From Auanema rhodensis (lineage: Eukaryota > Animalia > Nematoda), in contig OZ059899.1 in NCBI GenBank assembly GCA_964057225.1, positions 13,330,001 through 13,394,000 of the forward strand: 64,000 bases of DNA. The letters run 5' to 3'. The notes under the pieces were generated by a model, which was not told the DNA's origin, searched no databases, and saw only the letters and a list, made by a program, of their open reading frames with translations. The position numbers and the translations under genes are program-made. Positions 27,589 to 41,035 of this stretch are shown one piece after another (positions within the stretch are counted from its first letter, which is position 1; each line of letters starts with the position of its first letter).

Positions 27589-28325
27589 TTTTCCCTCTCT
27601 CTATTTTTCCCTCTCTCTCTTCTTCATCTTCTCGTTATGCTTTGTATGAACGGCGCTTAGTACCTCTTCTGTAATACACATTGACTATTTTGAGACTAGC
27701 AAAGAGGAAAAGAGAGAGAGAGAGAGATAGAGAGAGAGAGAGAAATAATGAAAGAGGGAGACGTGTCAGATGAAACGAAGTATATTTGTTTCTCTCATCG
27801 TCTGTCAATCTCTTTGAATTTCCCTCTCTCTCTCTCTCCCTTTTGATATCTCTCTAGCTAACTCGCGGTTTCTCTCATTCTTTCTTGGTTTTTCACATTC
27901 TTTCTCGGATCCCCAAACACACAGAGAGAAACTCCATACGTACATACAGCATCAGTAGCCGACAACGGCGACGACGACGATACCAACACATAACATACAA
28001 GCAGCATACAATCATTTCTAGACTATATGTGAGTATCTGCATAGATAGCTATGTATCTCATAACATAGTAAATGATACAAAATGAAATAGATTAAAGCTT
28101 AATCATTATTCTTTTTCTTGTAAATATCTTTCTAAGTGCTCAAATCCATCTCATGCCTCTTGTATTCTACTATCGTTTGGCAGAGACAATACTTTCAACC
28201 ATCAACCACCCCCGCCCATCTCTTCACCATCCTCTCTCCTATGCTAACTGATTCATTGTACCTGTAATCATCAATATGCCTGTCATTTGGAATAACGAGA
28301 CTAGACAGATTGTTCAGAGACATAT

Positions 28326-28327
<2 letters not shown>

Positions 28328-28382
<55 letters not shown>
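28328..28382. repeat. (CT)n microsatellite
   Basis: Pure CT run. Confidence 0.95.
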
Positions 28383-28385
<3 letters not shown>

Positions 28386-29049
28386 CGCTTTCTCTTATTT
28401 CTCTTTTACACCTTTTCCCTTATACACTCAGCCGCTTTTGGACAGGCAACAGTTCTAGCCAGTCAACCCCAAGCCCAACCAGCACGACGACGAGGACAGT
28501 CGCTAGCTAGACCGTTCTCGTTCATTTCGTCAGAGACCACTTGCAGCTTTTAATGGGTGACTGCTATTTATTTCTGGAAAAAAAAAGAAAAGAAATAGAT
28601 AGATAGATATATACTATATATGAAAAGAAAGAATATATATATACATATTTGGATATTTTCAATGATTTCAACTGCATTTTTCAATTATTCAAAGCTCATA
28701 TGGTCTCTCGTTTTCTTCAAGAAAATTATTTTTTTTTTTCATTTTGAATTTATTAAATTCGTTTTCATCAACAATTTGTTCAAGAAATAGTTCAAAGACC
28801 CTAAATTTGAACTTGTATTCCATCTAATTGCATTTGCATACGTCTTCTCTCCTTTTTTACTTTCATATATATATATATCTTTTCTCCATTTTCTCTTAAT
28901 TTCTTCTTATATCTCTGGAATTTCTAATGATTCTTCGAGCAAAAAGTTGCAAGCTTCAGTTTGAAAGAGTATTCATGCTCATAGCTCAGAAAGAGAAAAC
29001 AGATGAGAAAGAGAGAGGCATAGATGAATTGATAAACATATATATGTAT

Positions 29050-29080
<31 letters not shown>

Positions 29081-29911
29081 GAAAACAGAAAAAATTCGTT
29101 TTTCTCGTCAATTCATTGTACTGAAATTAGCAACTAGTACTCCTGATTCGGCTCTATTACTCTCGTTTTCTTTTTCTCTCCCTCAATGTCTTTCTCTTTC
29201 TCATTCGTTTTCCCTCCTTTCCTCTCTGTCTGCCTCCTCATTGTCTTTATGTCATATCTTGCTCTCTCTCTTTCTTTTATTCTCTCTTTCTCTCCACCAT
29301 ACAAGCATTATCTAAATTTCTGTGTTTCTTTTCTGTCTCTCCGTTGGTATTTCTATTTTCACTCATCAACACCGCCCCCTCTCTACCATCCTTTCTCTCA
29401 CCCCACACCATCAACCAAAACTACTCTACACCTCTTGGCTGTCGTGTTACACGCTCAATAATATCAAAGATTGTGTCTGTTTGTCTGTTGTATCGAAAAG
29501 CAGATAAATTCTTTTTCATCGTAAGCATCATCATCATCATCGTTGTCGTCGTCGTTTTCATATTCGTTGTCATCTTCTTTAACTACTTTTACTTCTTCTT
29601 CTTCTTCTTCTTCTTGACTTGCTTCTTCTGATTTCTGGTGTCGTTGGACATCATTACATCATCATCATATAATCACCCATCCACCGTTTCACAGTTTCTT
29701 GTCTTTTCCTTCTTTTTTTTGTTCTTTTTCATTCATTTGTAAGCCAACCCCAATCATTTTTATCGTTTTTTCTACCGCAAAGTCACAATATTGACTAAGC
29801 GTATACTATATTTGGACATTGATTTTCAATCAACCACCATCTTGAATTCTATATTTATCATCATCATCATATGTGTCTTGTTCTCCTCGTATACTAGTCG
29901 TATAACTCTCA

Positions 29912-31054
29912 ATGTATTCAGCCCTGCTGTCATTTTACCAAACATCGTCGTCTGAAGCTTCTGCTGACGTCGTCGTTCCTGACAACTGCACAACGGTTTC
30001 TGAGCTTGAGCACTCGTCGCAGAGCTCAGCAACGGCTTACGTGGCCGGATCATGCAAGTGGATGTCTCGTCGTAGCGTCTCCACATCAACGGCCCAAGAA
30101 GCTGCTAGCCAAGCTGCCGAAGTACATCCGCTTGTACGCGTTTCGACAACTCTCAAGAACTCTAACATCGGAAAATCTCAAGATATTCTGACACATCGTT
30201 TGACACTAGGAACAACTAATTTAGCAACAGCTCCCTCGAGCTCCAATTCACTGCCGTCACACAAGATGGCTGCTCCCGCCTCAACGCTAATGGCATTCGG
30301 AGGTGTTTTCCCACTCACCAGAGCCAAAGCATTTGTAGGTGGCTTAACACAAGGATTGCCTGTCAAGAAACGACGTTCCTCGTCGTCTCCAGAAGAGACT
30401 ACACGAGAAAAAATTCCACATCTTGAACGTGTAGCAGCAGCAGCTGCAGGACGTCTATTACTGTCGCCATCCTCATCCACCGTGTCGTCATCGAATAACT
30501 CGACAAGCAGCTCATCTCCAAATTCTACACCATCCACACATATCATATCTTCATTGAACTTTCTGAAGCGACGTGAATCATGCGTGAATGCTGGGAAATC
30601 ACCAGCATCAGCACCAATATCGTCTTCAACATATCCATCTTCATCGACATCATCACAATCTTCTAATCATATTCCAATGTCTTCACCTGTGTCATCAACT
30701 TCTCACATGTATTCTTCAAATACTATTATTCCATCTACTACCTCAACATCAACATCAGATAATTGCTCAATACTAGATAGGCCAACGCTTGACTTCTTCT
30801 ATACCGAGCCTTCAACATCAGCTGCAGCTGCCGTAACAGCTATTGCCGCTTCGGCAACAGCTCAACGTCTAGCAGCTGCAGCAGCTGACATACCTGGTCC
30901 ATCCGGCTTATCAGCCCGAATTGGACCATCGTCTGGCATGCCGTCATCAGCCGGATGGACGGTAGCGGAGACGAAAGACGTCAACTTGACTGCCGAACTA
31001 TTCTGGCTCAAGACTCAGCTGTCTGAGCATTGGTCTATGAAATGGCTGTGGCAG
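29912..31054 (+). CDS. kin-1: PKA-C long Ser/Ala-rich alternative first exon (up to 381 aa, phase 0, bypasses the A-helix exon)
   Basis: Longest ORF in the window. It ends VNLTAELFWLKTQLSEHWSMKWLWQ at a CAG|GTCCGT donor, in frame with exon 38784. I recall a similar FWLKTQLSDHWSMKW motif in a nematode kin-1 isoform. Which ATG is used is uncertain. Confidence 0.8.
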
Positions 31055-33684
31055 GTCCGTATTCCAAACTACTACTATTCAAGTTTTTTTTTATAATATT
31101 TCAATTGATATATCTCTATGATTTGCTCATGAAATTAGTTCAATTAATGCTTAATAGTGTCATGAAATTAACTTTAATTGCCTATTGATCCAATATTCGT
31201 CTAATAATATTCTCCAACATACAACAATCTGTTTCAAAAATCTATTTTCAAGCTATTTCTTCAATCTTCTTAATCCTTATCTTTACTTAGACCTCACAAT
31301 GTTATGATTTTCTTTGATTAAAAAAACAATTGCTGGACTATTAGGTGTAAAGAATCTCTTAAACGACTCATACAAGCTTGCTTGTGCACTACCCTTCATC
31401 TGACACGGTTGAGTTATGTAGGTGAAAATAAGAACTAGAGAGAGAGAGGGGGGGGGGAGAGAGAAGAAGAAGAAGGAGAGAGCAGAAGCATACTTTCTAG
31501 CTGTTTTTCTATAATTTCGGTCAACACAGACGAATGATGAATAGCTCATTTTGCTTATGTCTTTTCTATTTTCATCTCTACAACGATTGCCTTTTCTTTT
31601 TGAGTCGATGTCGTTAGGCTATGATGTACACAAGACGAGCTGAGGTTATGCTCTTTGCGTGGTTTTTGTATGTCGGTAAGCAAAATGTGGAAAGAGCTTC
31701 AGAAGGTAAGAGAGTACTAAGACGGAAAATTAGAGAAAGAAAATAGAGATGAATGGATGGATTAATAGAAAGATCGATGAACGGTGTCTGTAAGGTGAAG
31801 AGGAAAAGAGAAAAGGAACGGAGCTAGGTCGAAGGTGAGCAGTATGAGTCTCTCAACGACGGAGAGAGAATACGTGTACATTTCCCTCATTCCCCTACTC
31901 TTTATCTATCGTTTTCTCGATGTCTTAGTAGAAATAGAAGTCTGTGTGTACTTCGCAAACTTCGCCCCTTCAAATCTTCGACTGCCCTTGACACCAACGT
32001 GGAAAGATATAGAGGAGCGAGGGAAAAACATTAATTTGAGAGAGAGAAAGAGATCCAGATAGAGAGAGAGAGAAAGAGCTGGATGAAATAGACTGAAAAG
32101 ACGAATAATTTGTTGAATTCAAGCTATCAACCATGAAAATATTATAAGATATATGAGATGAATATGAGATGAGTAACAGACTTGGAGTCTATTAGCTGAA
32201 AGATCAAAATTCCAGAAATTCAAATAATCTCATCTCATATATGTATAATTGCATTTTGACAAGATAAATATATAGAACTTTTTCATGAAAATCGATCTGT
32301 ATCTAGACATCAACAACACATCATTTGATCCAGATCTTAGACTCTTTTTCTCTATTTTTCCCTTATATGTGTATGTTATATATACACTCTTTCTCTTCAT
32401 AAATATATCTATTTCCTTTTTCTAATTCTCCTACTTGTTTCGTTTATTCTCAGTTTTGTGTCTATTTCTGTCGCCTCCACCCCCGTAATACACATAGATA
32501 CTCTTGTTCCTTGATTGATGCAAACCTATAAAAATCTTTATTTTCTTTTAAAAATGAGAAAAAAAAAGATTTTTTGAGCGCCAACTATTGTTAGCTGTCT
32601 ATAAGGGGAAAAAGAGAAAAAGGAGGGATATGAGAATACCATCTTACTAATATAAGTTGTCGTTGACGGAGAAAAAAAGGTTAACAGGAGAGACAAAGTC
32701 CTTAAGAGAGAGAGAGAGAGATGAAACTAGGACTGTCTAGCTCTGTTTGGATGAAATAACCCTACAGTCGACGATATTTTGTCTATTTTTGGCAAATAGA
32801 AAGAAACTATGAAAAGATCACATGAGGAGGAAAATTACGTTGAGCAAAATAGGATGAAGAGACAACGAGTGCGATATGGAGGGGTTTGAAGAAGGGTAAA
32901 TTGATCGAAAAGAAGAGAATTAGAGATGAACGATGAGGTGAAATGAATTGAAACACTATATAAAGAGTTCAGAACAATGAATGCAGAGAGAGAGAGAGAG
33001 AGAGAGAGAGGCAGAGAGTGAGAGACAATGACCGATAGTTATGAACATGATGACCATGGCTAATTCATACATGTGTAGTCATTGTATTATAGAGGATTAT
33101 AGGAGAGAGGGGAGAATAATGAAGATCTGGATGCAGAAAACAAGATATAGCCGTGATGCTGTTGAAGCTGAAGACGTTAGGTGAGAGGATAGGATGATGA
33201 TTCTCTGAGCGAAACGGATATTCTGTCTTCAGCTAGAACCAGCCTATACCTCATTTTTCTCATCGTATCTCTCTCTCTCTGTCTCTCTGTCTCTAACTCT
33301 CTATATCTTCATCGGCCTCTTGTAAGCATCTCTTTCCATGTTATCCACGATTTTCCTTCTCCTGGAACAAGCACATTAGAATTACTCCTTCTCCTCAAAC
33401 TTCAAACGAGCGAACGAAAAAGATCTGTATCTTCAGAATAGTTTGAATAGTCCTTCTCTCTCTCTGACACTATTCCTCTGTTTTTCTGTATCTGTTACTA
33501 CTGACAGTAAAAGCAACGTCAGAATCTGAATGTTCTTGTACAACATCGTCATCAGTGTGGTCAGCTGAATTCAGTTGAGAGACAAATATTATTTTCTATT
33601 TCTCTACATCATCTTCCGTGTGACGGATAGTTGACTCAAATATCTTTTTTCCCCATCTATTCTGCTATATTCTTCTACCTGTAC

Positions 33685-33939
33685 ATGGCTGCCGTAAAAC
33701 CATTCAATTACTACTACGGTCGCCATCTGAATACGGGCTTCACGTCAACATCGTTGTCACCGGCATCTTTGCCGTCGTCATCGTCATCATTCTCATCGTT
33801 GACATCATCATCAACATCATCATCAAATCGTTTATCATGTGCTTCACCTCGACGACAACGTTCATTACGTCGTCAAGAATACATTTTACCATCGTATGAA
33901 GTCAGCGCATCTCATCGTTATCGTCATCACAGACCTTAT
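33685..33939 (+). CDS. kin-1: Probable PKA-C alternative first exon (85 aa, phase 0): MAAVKPFNYYYGRHLN...RRQRSLRRQEY...HRYRHHRPY
   Basis: ATGGCT start, 255-nt open frame richer in GC than its flanks, consensus GTGAGT donor at 33940 in frame with exon 38784. Confidence 0.6.
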
Positions 33940-35625
33940 GTGAGTATCTCGCGTTTCTGCCTCTCTGCTACTCCATTCCCTTTGTTTTAAATTTTCTCTA
34001 TAAAATTGATAAAAGTATTTATTTTAAAAATTTCCAAAAATATTTCAAGATTTGGGGCCAAAAAGACAGTACAACCTGGAATCTATATTTCATCATTCTT
34101 TTTTTTTCTTCTATTTTACAATTTTTAGAAATTGTTATTGTATAATAACTAGATAACTATATATATATAATACTTATATATAGATTTTCTTTATTTTAAA
34201 ATTAGAAAAGACTATCATCTTACAATCAGAGAACTCCCGCTGTCGTGTTTCAATGCCATCTCTAAGCATGTATGTATGTGTCATCACATCATGTATTTCA
34301 AGTTGCAATTTCAAGTTGCAGCCTAAACCCATTTCAACAATGTCATATATGCTAACTATACTGATTATTCTATTTCTTTGTATTGTTATGATCTGTTGGA
34401 TGTTCATTCATATCTCGGTACTAGTTTTATGCTAGCCATAAACACAATACATACTATGTATATGGCAATATTTACAAAAACTGAAAAGCATGTGTGCAAG
34501 TATCAATGCTATTAGAAATCAAAAAAGATGATCTTAACGCTTTAATGATATTTTATCAATATGTTTATCAAACATACAATTAAAACTTTATTTTTTTGGA
34601 CTTTTTTCATATAAAATTTAAGTTCAAAATGATTGTCTGATTATAATATTAGACTAGATACTATATATAGCTCTTCAGATTCTCTATATTAAGTTAGTTC
34701 AAATGAATAATAATTGCGAAATAATTGAATGAAAAAAGTCTGAAAAGAAAAGAAATAGAGAAAGAAGTTGGAGGAGGAACACTCATAGTTATTCTTGAAG
34801 CTATTTTTAGCTCCATCTCTATTTTTCGCACTCATTCCTTTTTCTTCTACAGCTTTCAATCTCTTAGTTCTTTTCCTCTCTCTCTCTCTCTCTCTCTTCT
34901 TTATTTCTTCTTGCTGTCTCTCTAATTTACTTATTCTCTTAGTTACTCTCTCTCTCTTTCTCGTTTCTTTTTTTCCCTTTCTATTCTCCAAACGAAGTGC
35001 AAGATCAAAGAAAAAGAACAAAGAAGAGAGAGGTGAACGAGAAAATGTGAGAAACTAGCAATGTATATGTTAACGTTTAAGAGAGTATTAGAGAAAAAGA
35101 TGAAAAAGAGAGAGAATTGATTGATCGTCGGTCGATGGTTTTGTCGATTAGTCTGTTTACACACAGGCACTCATATACATACACATACATATACAGTCAG
35201 TGTGCAGGAGGGATCTTTTCGGACATTGACCTAGACTCTCTCTTTCTCTTTCTCTCTCTTTACCTCTGCTTTTTCAATGTTTCCCTTTATGGGCTTGAAA
35301 ATGTTCATCGATTGAGGGACATGAGAAACGGAGAAAGCTTTTGAGCGGCTAAAAAAACAGTAAAATCACCTAAAATTAGACTGAAAAGCGCTGAGAATTT
35401 TCGAAATAAAAAATTTCAAAATTCTTTCTTTCACAACACATTTCAACCAAATTTGACCACATTACACATGATCTATCGGGAAAGAGAAGGGGGGGGGGGC
35501 AGCAATAAGGTGCAATTCAAGAATAGGCTTCTTCGAGAAGTAACATTTGATAAAAAGGAAACACATAACTTTCAACCCAAATAGACAGCGAGCTCTGATG
35601 ATCTTTGAGTTTTTTCCGTTACTCT

Positions 35626-35629
<4 letters not shown>

Positions 35630-35691
<62 letters not shown>
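35630..35691. repeat. (CT)n microsatellite
   Basis: Pure CT run. Confidence 0.95.
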
Positions 35692-35694
<3 letters not shown>

Positions 35695-36149
35695 AGCATA
35701 AAGCATTCACACACAAAAAAAATGAAATAGTACTGGTTGATTGAGTGATTGAGGAACTAATAGCGAACATGTATAGGTCATATTCATCACATTTCTATTG
35801 CAAAATCTATTTTTACACATTTTTTGATACAAAAAAAGCTATTTTGTGTTGCTTTTTTTATGTTTTTGCCCATGCTCTGCTAGGCATACTTAACAACATG
35901 CCGACGGAAATCAACAGTAGCAAGAGCTTGCAAAACGTCTCATGTCAGTTTGTTGTTATTTTTACTTTCATATCTTGAGTCTTTTTTTTTATTTTATACT
36001 ATTTTTAACTTTTTTTTTCTATTTTGAGTAAAAAAACTTGAGTTAAAGTGTGATTTACTGTTCGAACCGAACTGGTCACAAATGAAAAATAATGAAAAAC
36101 GTTTTTTTGAGATATGTGTCTACTTCTCTTTCTCACTCTCACTCTCTCA

Positions 36150-36181
<32 letters not shown>

Positions 36182-36937
36182 TTCCTCATAACACTCAATA
36201 CTCAAGTATTTCTTCTAACAGAATAAAATACTATTACATGAGTTCTAATATCTTCAAGGGACCATTATATTGTTGAAAAACCTTGAATGTAATACTTAAT
36301 TCCTAATAAACTATACGATAAGACTAGATGTTATATGAGAAAATTCAATGATTTCATGTCTATTATATGAAAAACCCATACCATATACGTTTTTATTCTT
36401 TCATTTCATTTCTTATTCCGCTTAAAAAAACTTGTTTTAAGTCATTCTTTGTAAGGTAAGAAATAGAAATATTGAAATAATTTATATTAATTATATGTAT
36501 ATTATATAATTAATATTATATTTAAGATTTTATTTAATTTTTCTATTAATATAAACAATTAGCTAGTTATATTGTATTTCATATAATACTATATAGACTA
36601 AACTGTAAACGGAATTATGTTGCCAAAATATAGGAAATTTAATTCTTTTCTATCAGAAAAGTTGATGGGGCTATTCAACTAGTCCAGTTATACTTGAAAG
36701 ACGAATTTCTCTCTCTCTCTCTCTCCCTCTCTCTTTCTCTCTCTCCCTCTCTCTTTCTCTTTCTCTCTCTTGCTCTCTCTATTCGTGTAAGTTTTTCTCT
36801 TCTAATTTGACTTTAATTGATTCATCTGACTGATTGTTTTATCATTTTAGCAAAACGATAGCGTTTGGTCTTTTAGAAATTAGCATTGGATGACTGATCA
36901 CATAACACACAAAAATGAATTTGTCTCTCTCTCCCTT

Positions 36938-36979
<42 letters not shown>

Positions 36980-38337
36980 CTTAAAAAACGAATTGTTCGT
37001 TTATCATTAAAATTTTATATTTAGAGACATATTAGGGAGATAAAAAAAGATTTCTTATAGTTATGTCTCGTATGATAACTGTTTTCGTTCGTTTTTGTTT
37101 TCAAAGCAAAAACATCATTATACTGGTACATATCTATCAGTTTTTTTTTGTATTTTCCATAACGAACTAACTGATTACTACAAGTAGTTAGTAGTAGTAA
37201 GTAGTAGTAACAGATACACGTATGTATGTGTCTTCTGGAGTACATATAACACGTTGTTGTTACCATTCACCTCTTTCTTCATACTCTATACTCTTATTTC
37301 ATTTTTATTTCAATCATTGATCTCAAATAATTAATAGATAATAGAATTATTTTCGAGAAAAAAAAACTTTTTTTTTGTCTCTGAAATTCATTGATTTCAT
37401 TCATTTTTGCTCAAAAATTTTAAATTAAATTTTCATATGTATTATGAAGAATCTTAATATTCTCTGATGACAATAATCTTTTCAAAAGACATGCAGAGAT
37501 TCTAAGATTGAATATGATCAAAGAGATATAGAAAAGATAAATGAGAGGTATGGGGATGTAACAGCAGCAAAAGAAAAACGGATGAAGCTGATGGAAAGAC
37601 ATCGAAACACTAATATCAGCTGGGAGATAAATCCATAACCGTTTTGGCAACTAGCCAAATAATTTAAAAAGCTGATAAACCATTACTAATACGTCCTTTC
37701 ATTCGCTGTTTTTTGAATTCATATTCTGAAGACCTTAACAATAGCTACAAGAGAAATAAATTATTTGATAAGATAAACTCTCACTCTATCGATCCCTCCC
37801 CCCCCTCCAATCCCCCCCCCCCCCTCTCTCTCTATATCCCCCTCTCTCATCGCTTTTTCTTGCTGTTATTCAGTTTTTGCTCAACATCTTCATCTCATCC
37901 TATACATTCACTACATTAGTATTTTATTTGATAAGCATATATTGCTTGTTACTTGAGATTTAACTCAATTTTCCTTTTGGCAACTTTTTAAAGCTCAAGT
38001 TTTTCATCTCGCCGCCCTTCTCTTCTCATCATTGTGTCCTGAGAATCTGAAAAGTTTTATAAAAATCTACTTGACATCCAAGATCTTGTCTTGGTCTCCT
38101 TATATAGATCGGCGGTATTCACATGCGCTAACATGACAACTGTGAATTCGTGAAGAACATCTATTCTTCTATCTCCACCTACTATTACCATCTTCTATTT
38201 CTCTGAATATACATAAATACATCTCCCTCCTTCATACATTGCGTCCTTCTCTCTCAATCTCACTCCCTCTCTCTCTCTCTCTTTCCTGCCTGCCCTTCCT
38301 TGCCATCCGCCTGCTGCCTGGCACGTTGCCCTCAAGC

Positions 38338-38550
38338 ATGGCAACCAAGACTCGCAAATCTCAATCCATATCAGCTTGTTCATCAACCAGCACAGTTTAT
38401 GAAATACAAGCAGTTCAATCAACTGTTGCGGCTACAACGACAACAGAGTCTACAACAATTTCGACAGCAATGAGTCCCAAGTCATCGGAAGCGTCGTCCA
38501 GTTCGATGACTTCTAGCTCAACGTTAGTCGAAAGTAGAATTGTGCCTTCT
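38338..38550 (+). CDS. kin-1: Probable PKA-C alternative first exon (71 aa, Ser/Thr-rich, phase 0): MATKTRKSQSIS...VESRIVPS
   Basis: ATGGCA start, 213-nt open frame, GTGAGC donor at 38551, then a 233-nt intron to the acceptor at 38783, in frame. Confidence 0.6.
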
Positions 38551-38783
38551 GTGAGCTTTTCTTCTTATATCATCTAAGCTGTCAGCGTTATTGTATTCAT
38601 TTAATCTTTAAGTGAAATATGAAGTTTATTTTTTGATTGAATGACCATAAGTTTGAACTAATATTCAGATAGCAAATCAAAGAACATGCTTAAAATGCAA
38701 ATTTCAAGTTTTAAAAAAAGCAAAAATGTTTCAGCCTAATAGAAATGACCTGATCATCTTATATTATTATTATTTATTTTCAG

Positions 38784-38912
38784 AATACAGCGTCACTGGA
38801 TGACTTCGACCGTATCAAGACTCTGGGAACAGGGTCTTTCGGTAGGGTAATGCTAGTCAAGCATAAGCAGAGCGGAAACTACTACGCTATGAAGATTCTC
38901 GACAAGCAAAAG
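38784..38912 (+). CDS. kin-1: PKA-C core exon: [43 protein letters not shown]
   Basis: TTTTCAG acceptor, Gly-rich loop GTGSFG and catalytic Lys (AMK), AAG|GTCAGT donor. Confidence 0.98.
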
Positions 38913-38999
38913 GTCAGTTACATCAATATGATTTGGCTTATATTCAGTTAATACACATGCAATATGCTATTCTTCATCCACTTCATCTTTTGCTTTCAG

Positions 39000-39098
39000 G
39001 TAGTAAAGCTGAAGCAAGTTGAGCATACACTGAATGAAAAGCGAATTCTACAAGCCATTGACTTCCCCTTCCTTGTCAATATGCAGTATTCGTTTAAG
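39000..39098 (+). CDS. kin-1: PKA-C core exon: [33 protein letters not shown]
   Basis: TTTCAG/GT boundaries; alphaC helix (NEKRIL). Confidence 0.98.
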
Positions 39099-39825
39099 GT
39101 TTGTATTGAAATATTCGAAATTTGGTTCAACTCTTCAGTTATCATAATGAGTTTTCACATTCTTATTACACATGTATAGCCATTTCAATTTTTTTAAGCA
39201 AAAAAACCATCTTCCATTAGCAGCGCTGACAAGCTGTAATCTCAAATTTGAATATTGAGCATGATGTCCTCATGTAATTGCGATGTATTTCATGTTTTTG
39301 CTCATCATGCTTCAATTCTTAAACGTTTTGTGCAACGTCTTCGAAAAAAACGACGACAACGTTGACCATTAGAAGCAGAATTCGAGCTATATTCGTATCA
39401 GAAGCAACATGTTCATTTGCGAACGAATAGCAGAAATTTTGCAGATCAAACAGGCAGCAAAAGCTGGTAAAATGCAAAAAAAAAGTCTTCTTCCTCACGT
39501 TTAACTTTGAAATTAAAAAAATATTTATAATAAAATAGAAATATTATATAAGATTTATAATCATTTCTACTTTCTCGTTCAAATATTCTCGAAATATGAG
39601 CGAGAGAGAGAGTGAGAGAGAGAGAGAGAGAGAGTGAGAGAGAGAGTGAGAGAGAGAGAGAGAGTTAGCTGTTAGAAATATGATTTTTGAAAATCAAACA
39701 ACAACCTTTGCCAAAACTTTATATTATATAGTTAATATGTATATAGCTATATTGTATGTTTTATCTTATATTTTGATAAAAATATTTGAGGAAATAAGTT
39801 CTTGAAAGAGAGGGAGCGAGGAAGA

Positions 39826-39861
<36 letters not shown>

Positions 39862-40546
39862 CTTTACTATATATAGAAGATTAATCCGTTTTCAATCTTC
39901 TTGCGTATCACTTCTCATCCTCTTTTTCAATTCAGATTAGTATCTGGGTCGTCAAGATTATCATATAAATATATTTATAACATAATAATTAGTTATGCCA
40001 AACATTTTTATATGTTTTTGACAGTTTGATTATAACATTCTATATTATAAAATAAAAAAAATGAATAATATCAGGTTGTTCAGTTTACTTTACCATTTTG
40101 ATCAATTATCCTGAACTCTCTCTCCCTTTCTTTCTCTCTCTCTCTCTCTGGTGCTCTTTACTCTACACATAAGGTCCATTACTTCACAAACTAAAGACAA
40201 TTTGTGGTAAAGTACTGAGAATAAGTTGAAAAATACTTTATAACATTGAATTCTCTAGTCATTTTTCATATGAAATATCTAAAAATAAGTAAATTTAGCT
40301 ATAAAAAGATAAGAAGATATATGAAAAGCTATACATGTATATGAATGTTATATTATGGAAAAACATATTAGGAATAGCTTAAGCTTCACATACATGTATA
40401 TATAGCATGTTTTCTATAATTAGTCTTCTAAAATGGATTAGATATTTGTTATAAGTGTATATACATTATGATATTCAGAGATACATGAATGTATCTATCT
40501 ATGTATGTATAGACTGAATCAAAGCAATCACACAAGTATTCATATC

Positions 40547-40550
<4 letters not shown>

Positions 40551-40611
<61 letters not shown>
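40551..40611. repeat. (CT)n microsatellite
   Basis: Pure CT run in a kin-1 intron. Confidence 0.95.
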
Positions 40612-40613
<2 letters not shown>

Positions 40614-41035
40614 ATGTTTTCCTTTTTAAGTTTTTCCATTAGGCAAAAAGAAAGTTATTTTTAGATTTTCTCATTCACATATTCAGTTCTTTTAATAGCA
40701 ATTCATATTCTATTTATACTGAATAGTAAAAATGAATATATGTATATAATTCTATACATATGATTGTCTTCGGACATCTCTCTCTCTCCTTCTCTCTCTC
40801 TCTATCTCTCTCTCTCTCTCATTCTTTTATACTTATTCGGGAAGTATTTTTTTCAATTTGAAATACAGGGCATACATGTGTATTTAAGAACTTGAAATAG
40901 AATAAATAATCTAAATAGTTATATTATTAAGTTTTATACAAATAGAAATAATTTAAAATAAACTGGGGAACAATCAAAAATAATATATTGTATCTTGACT
41001 ATATGTATACATATAATCATGTGTAGTTGTCATGT

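Noticed and set aside
1997-34320. Short perfect tandem microduplications (12 bp at about 1997, 12 bp at about 13766, 14 bp at about 20678, 13 bp at about 34295)
   Set aside because: Ordinary slippage products with unrelated sequences; no element lies between the copies.
580-38200. The many ORF-track entries with SLSLSL, ERERER or poly-F/L/I content
   Set aside because: They are translations of microsatellites and low-complexity intron DNA, many with non-ATG starts.
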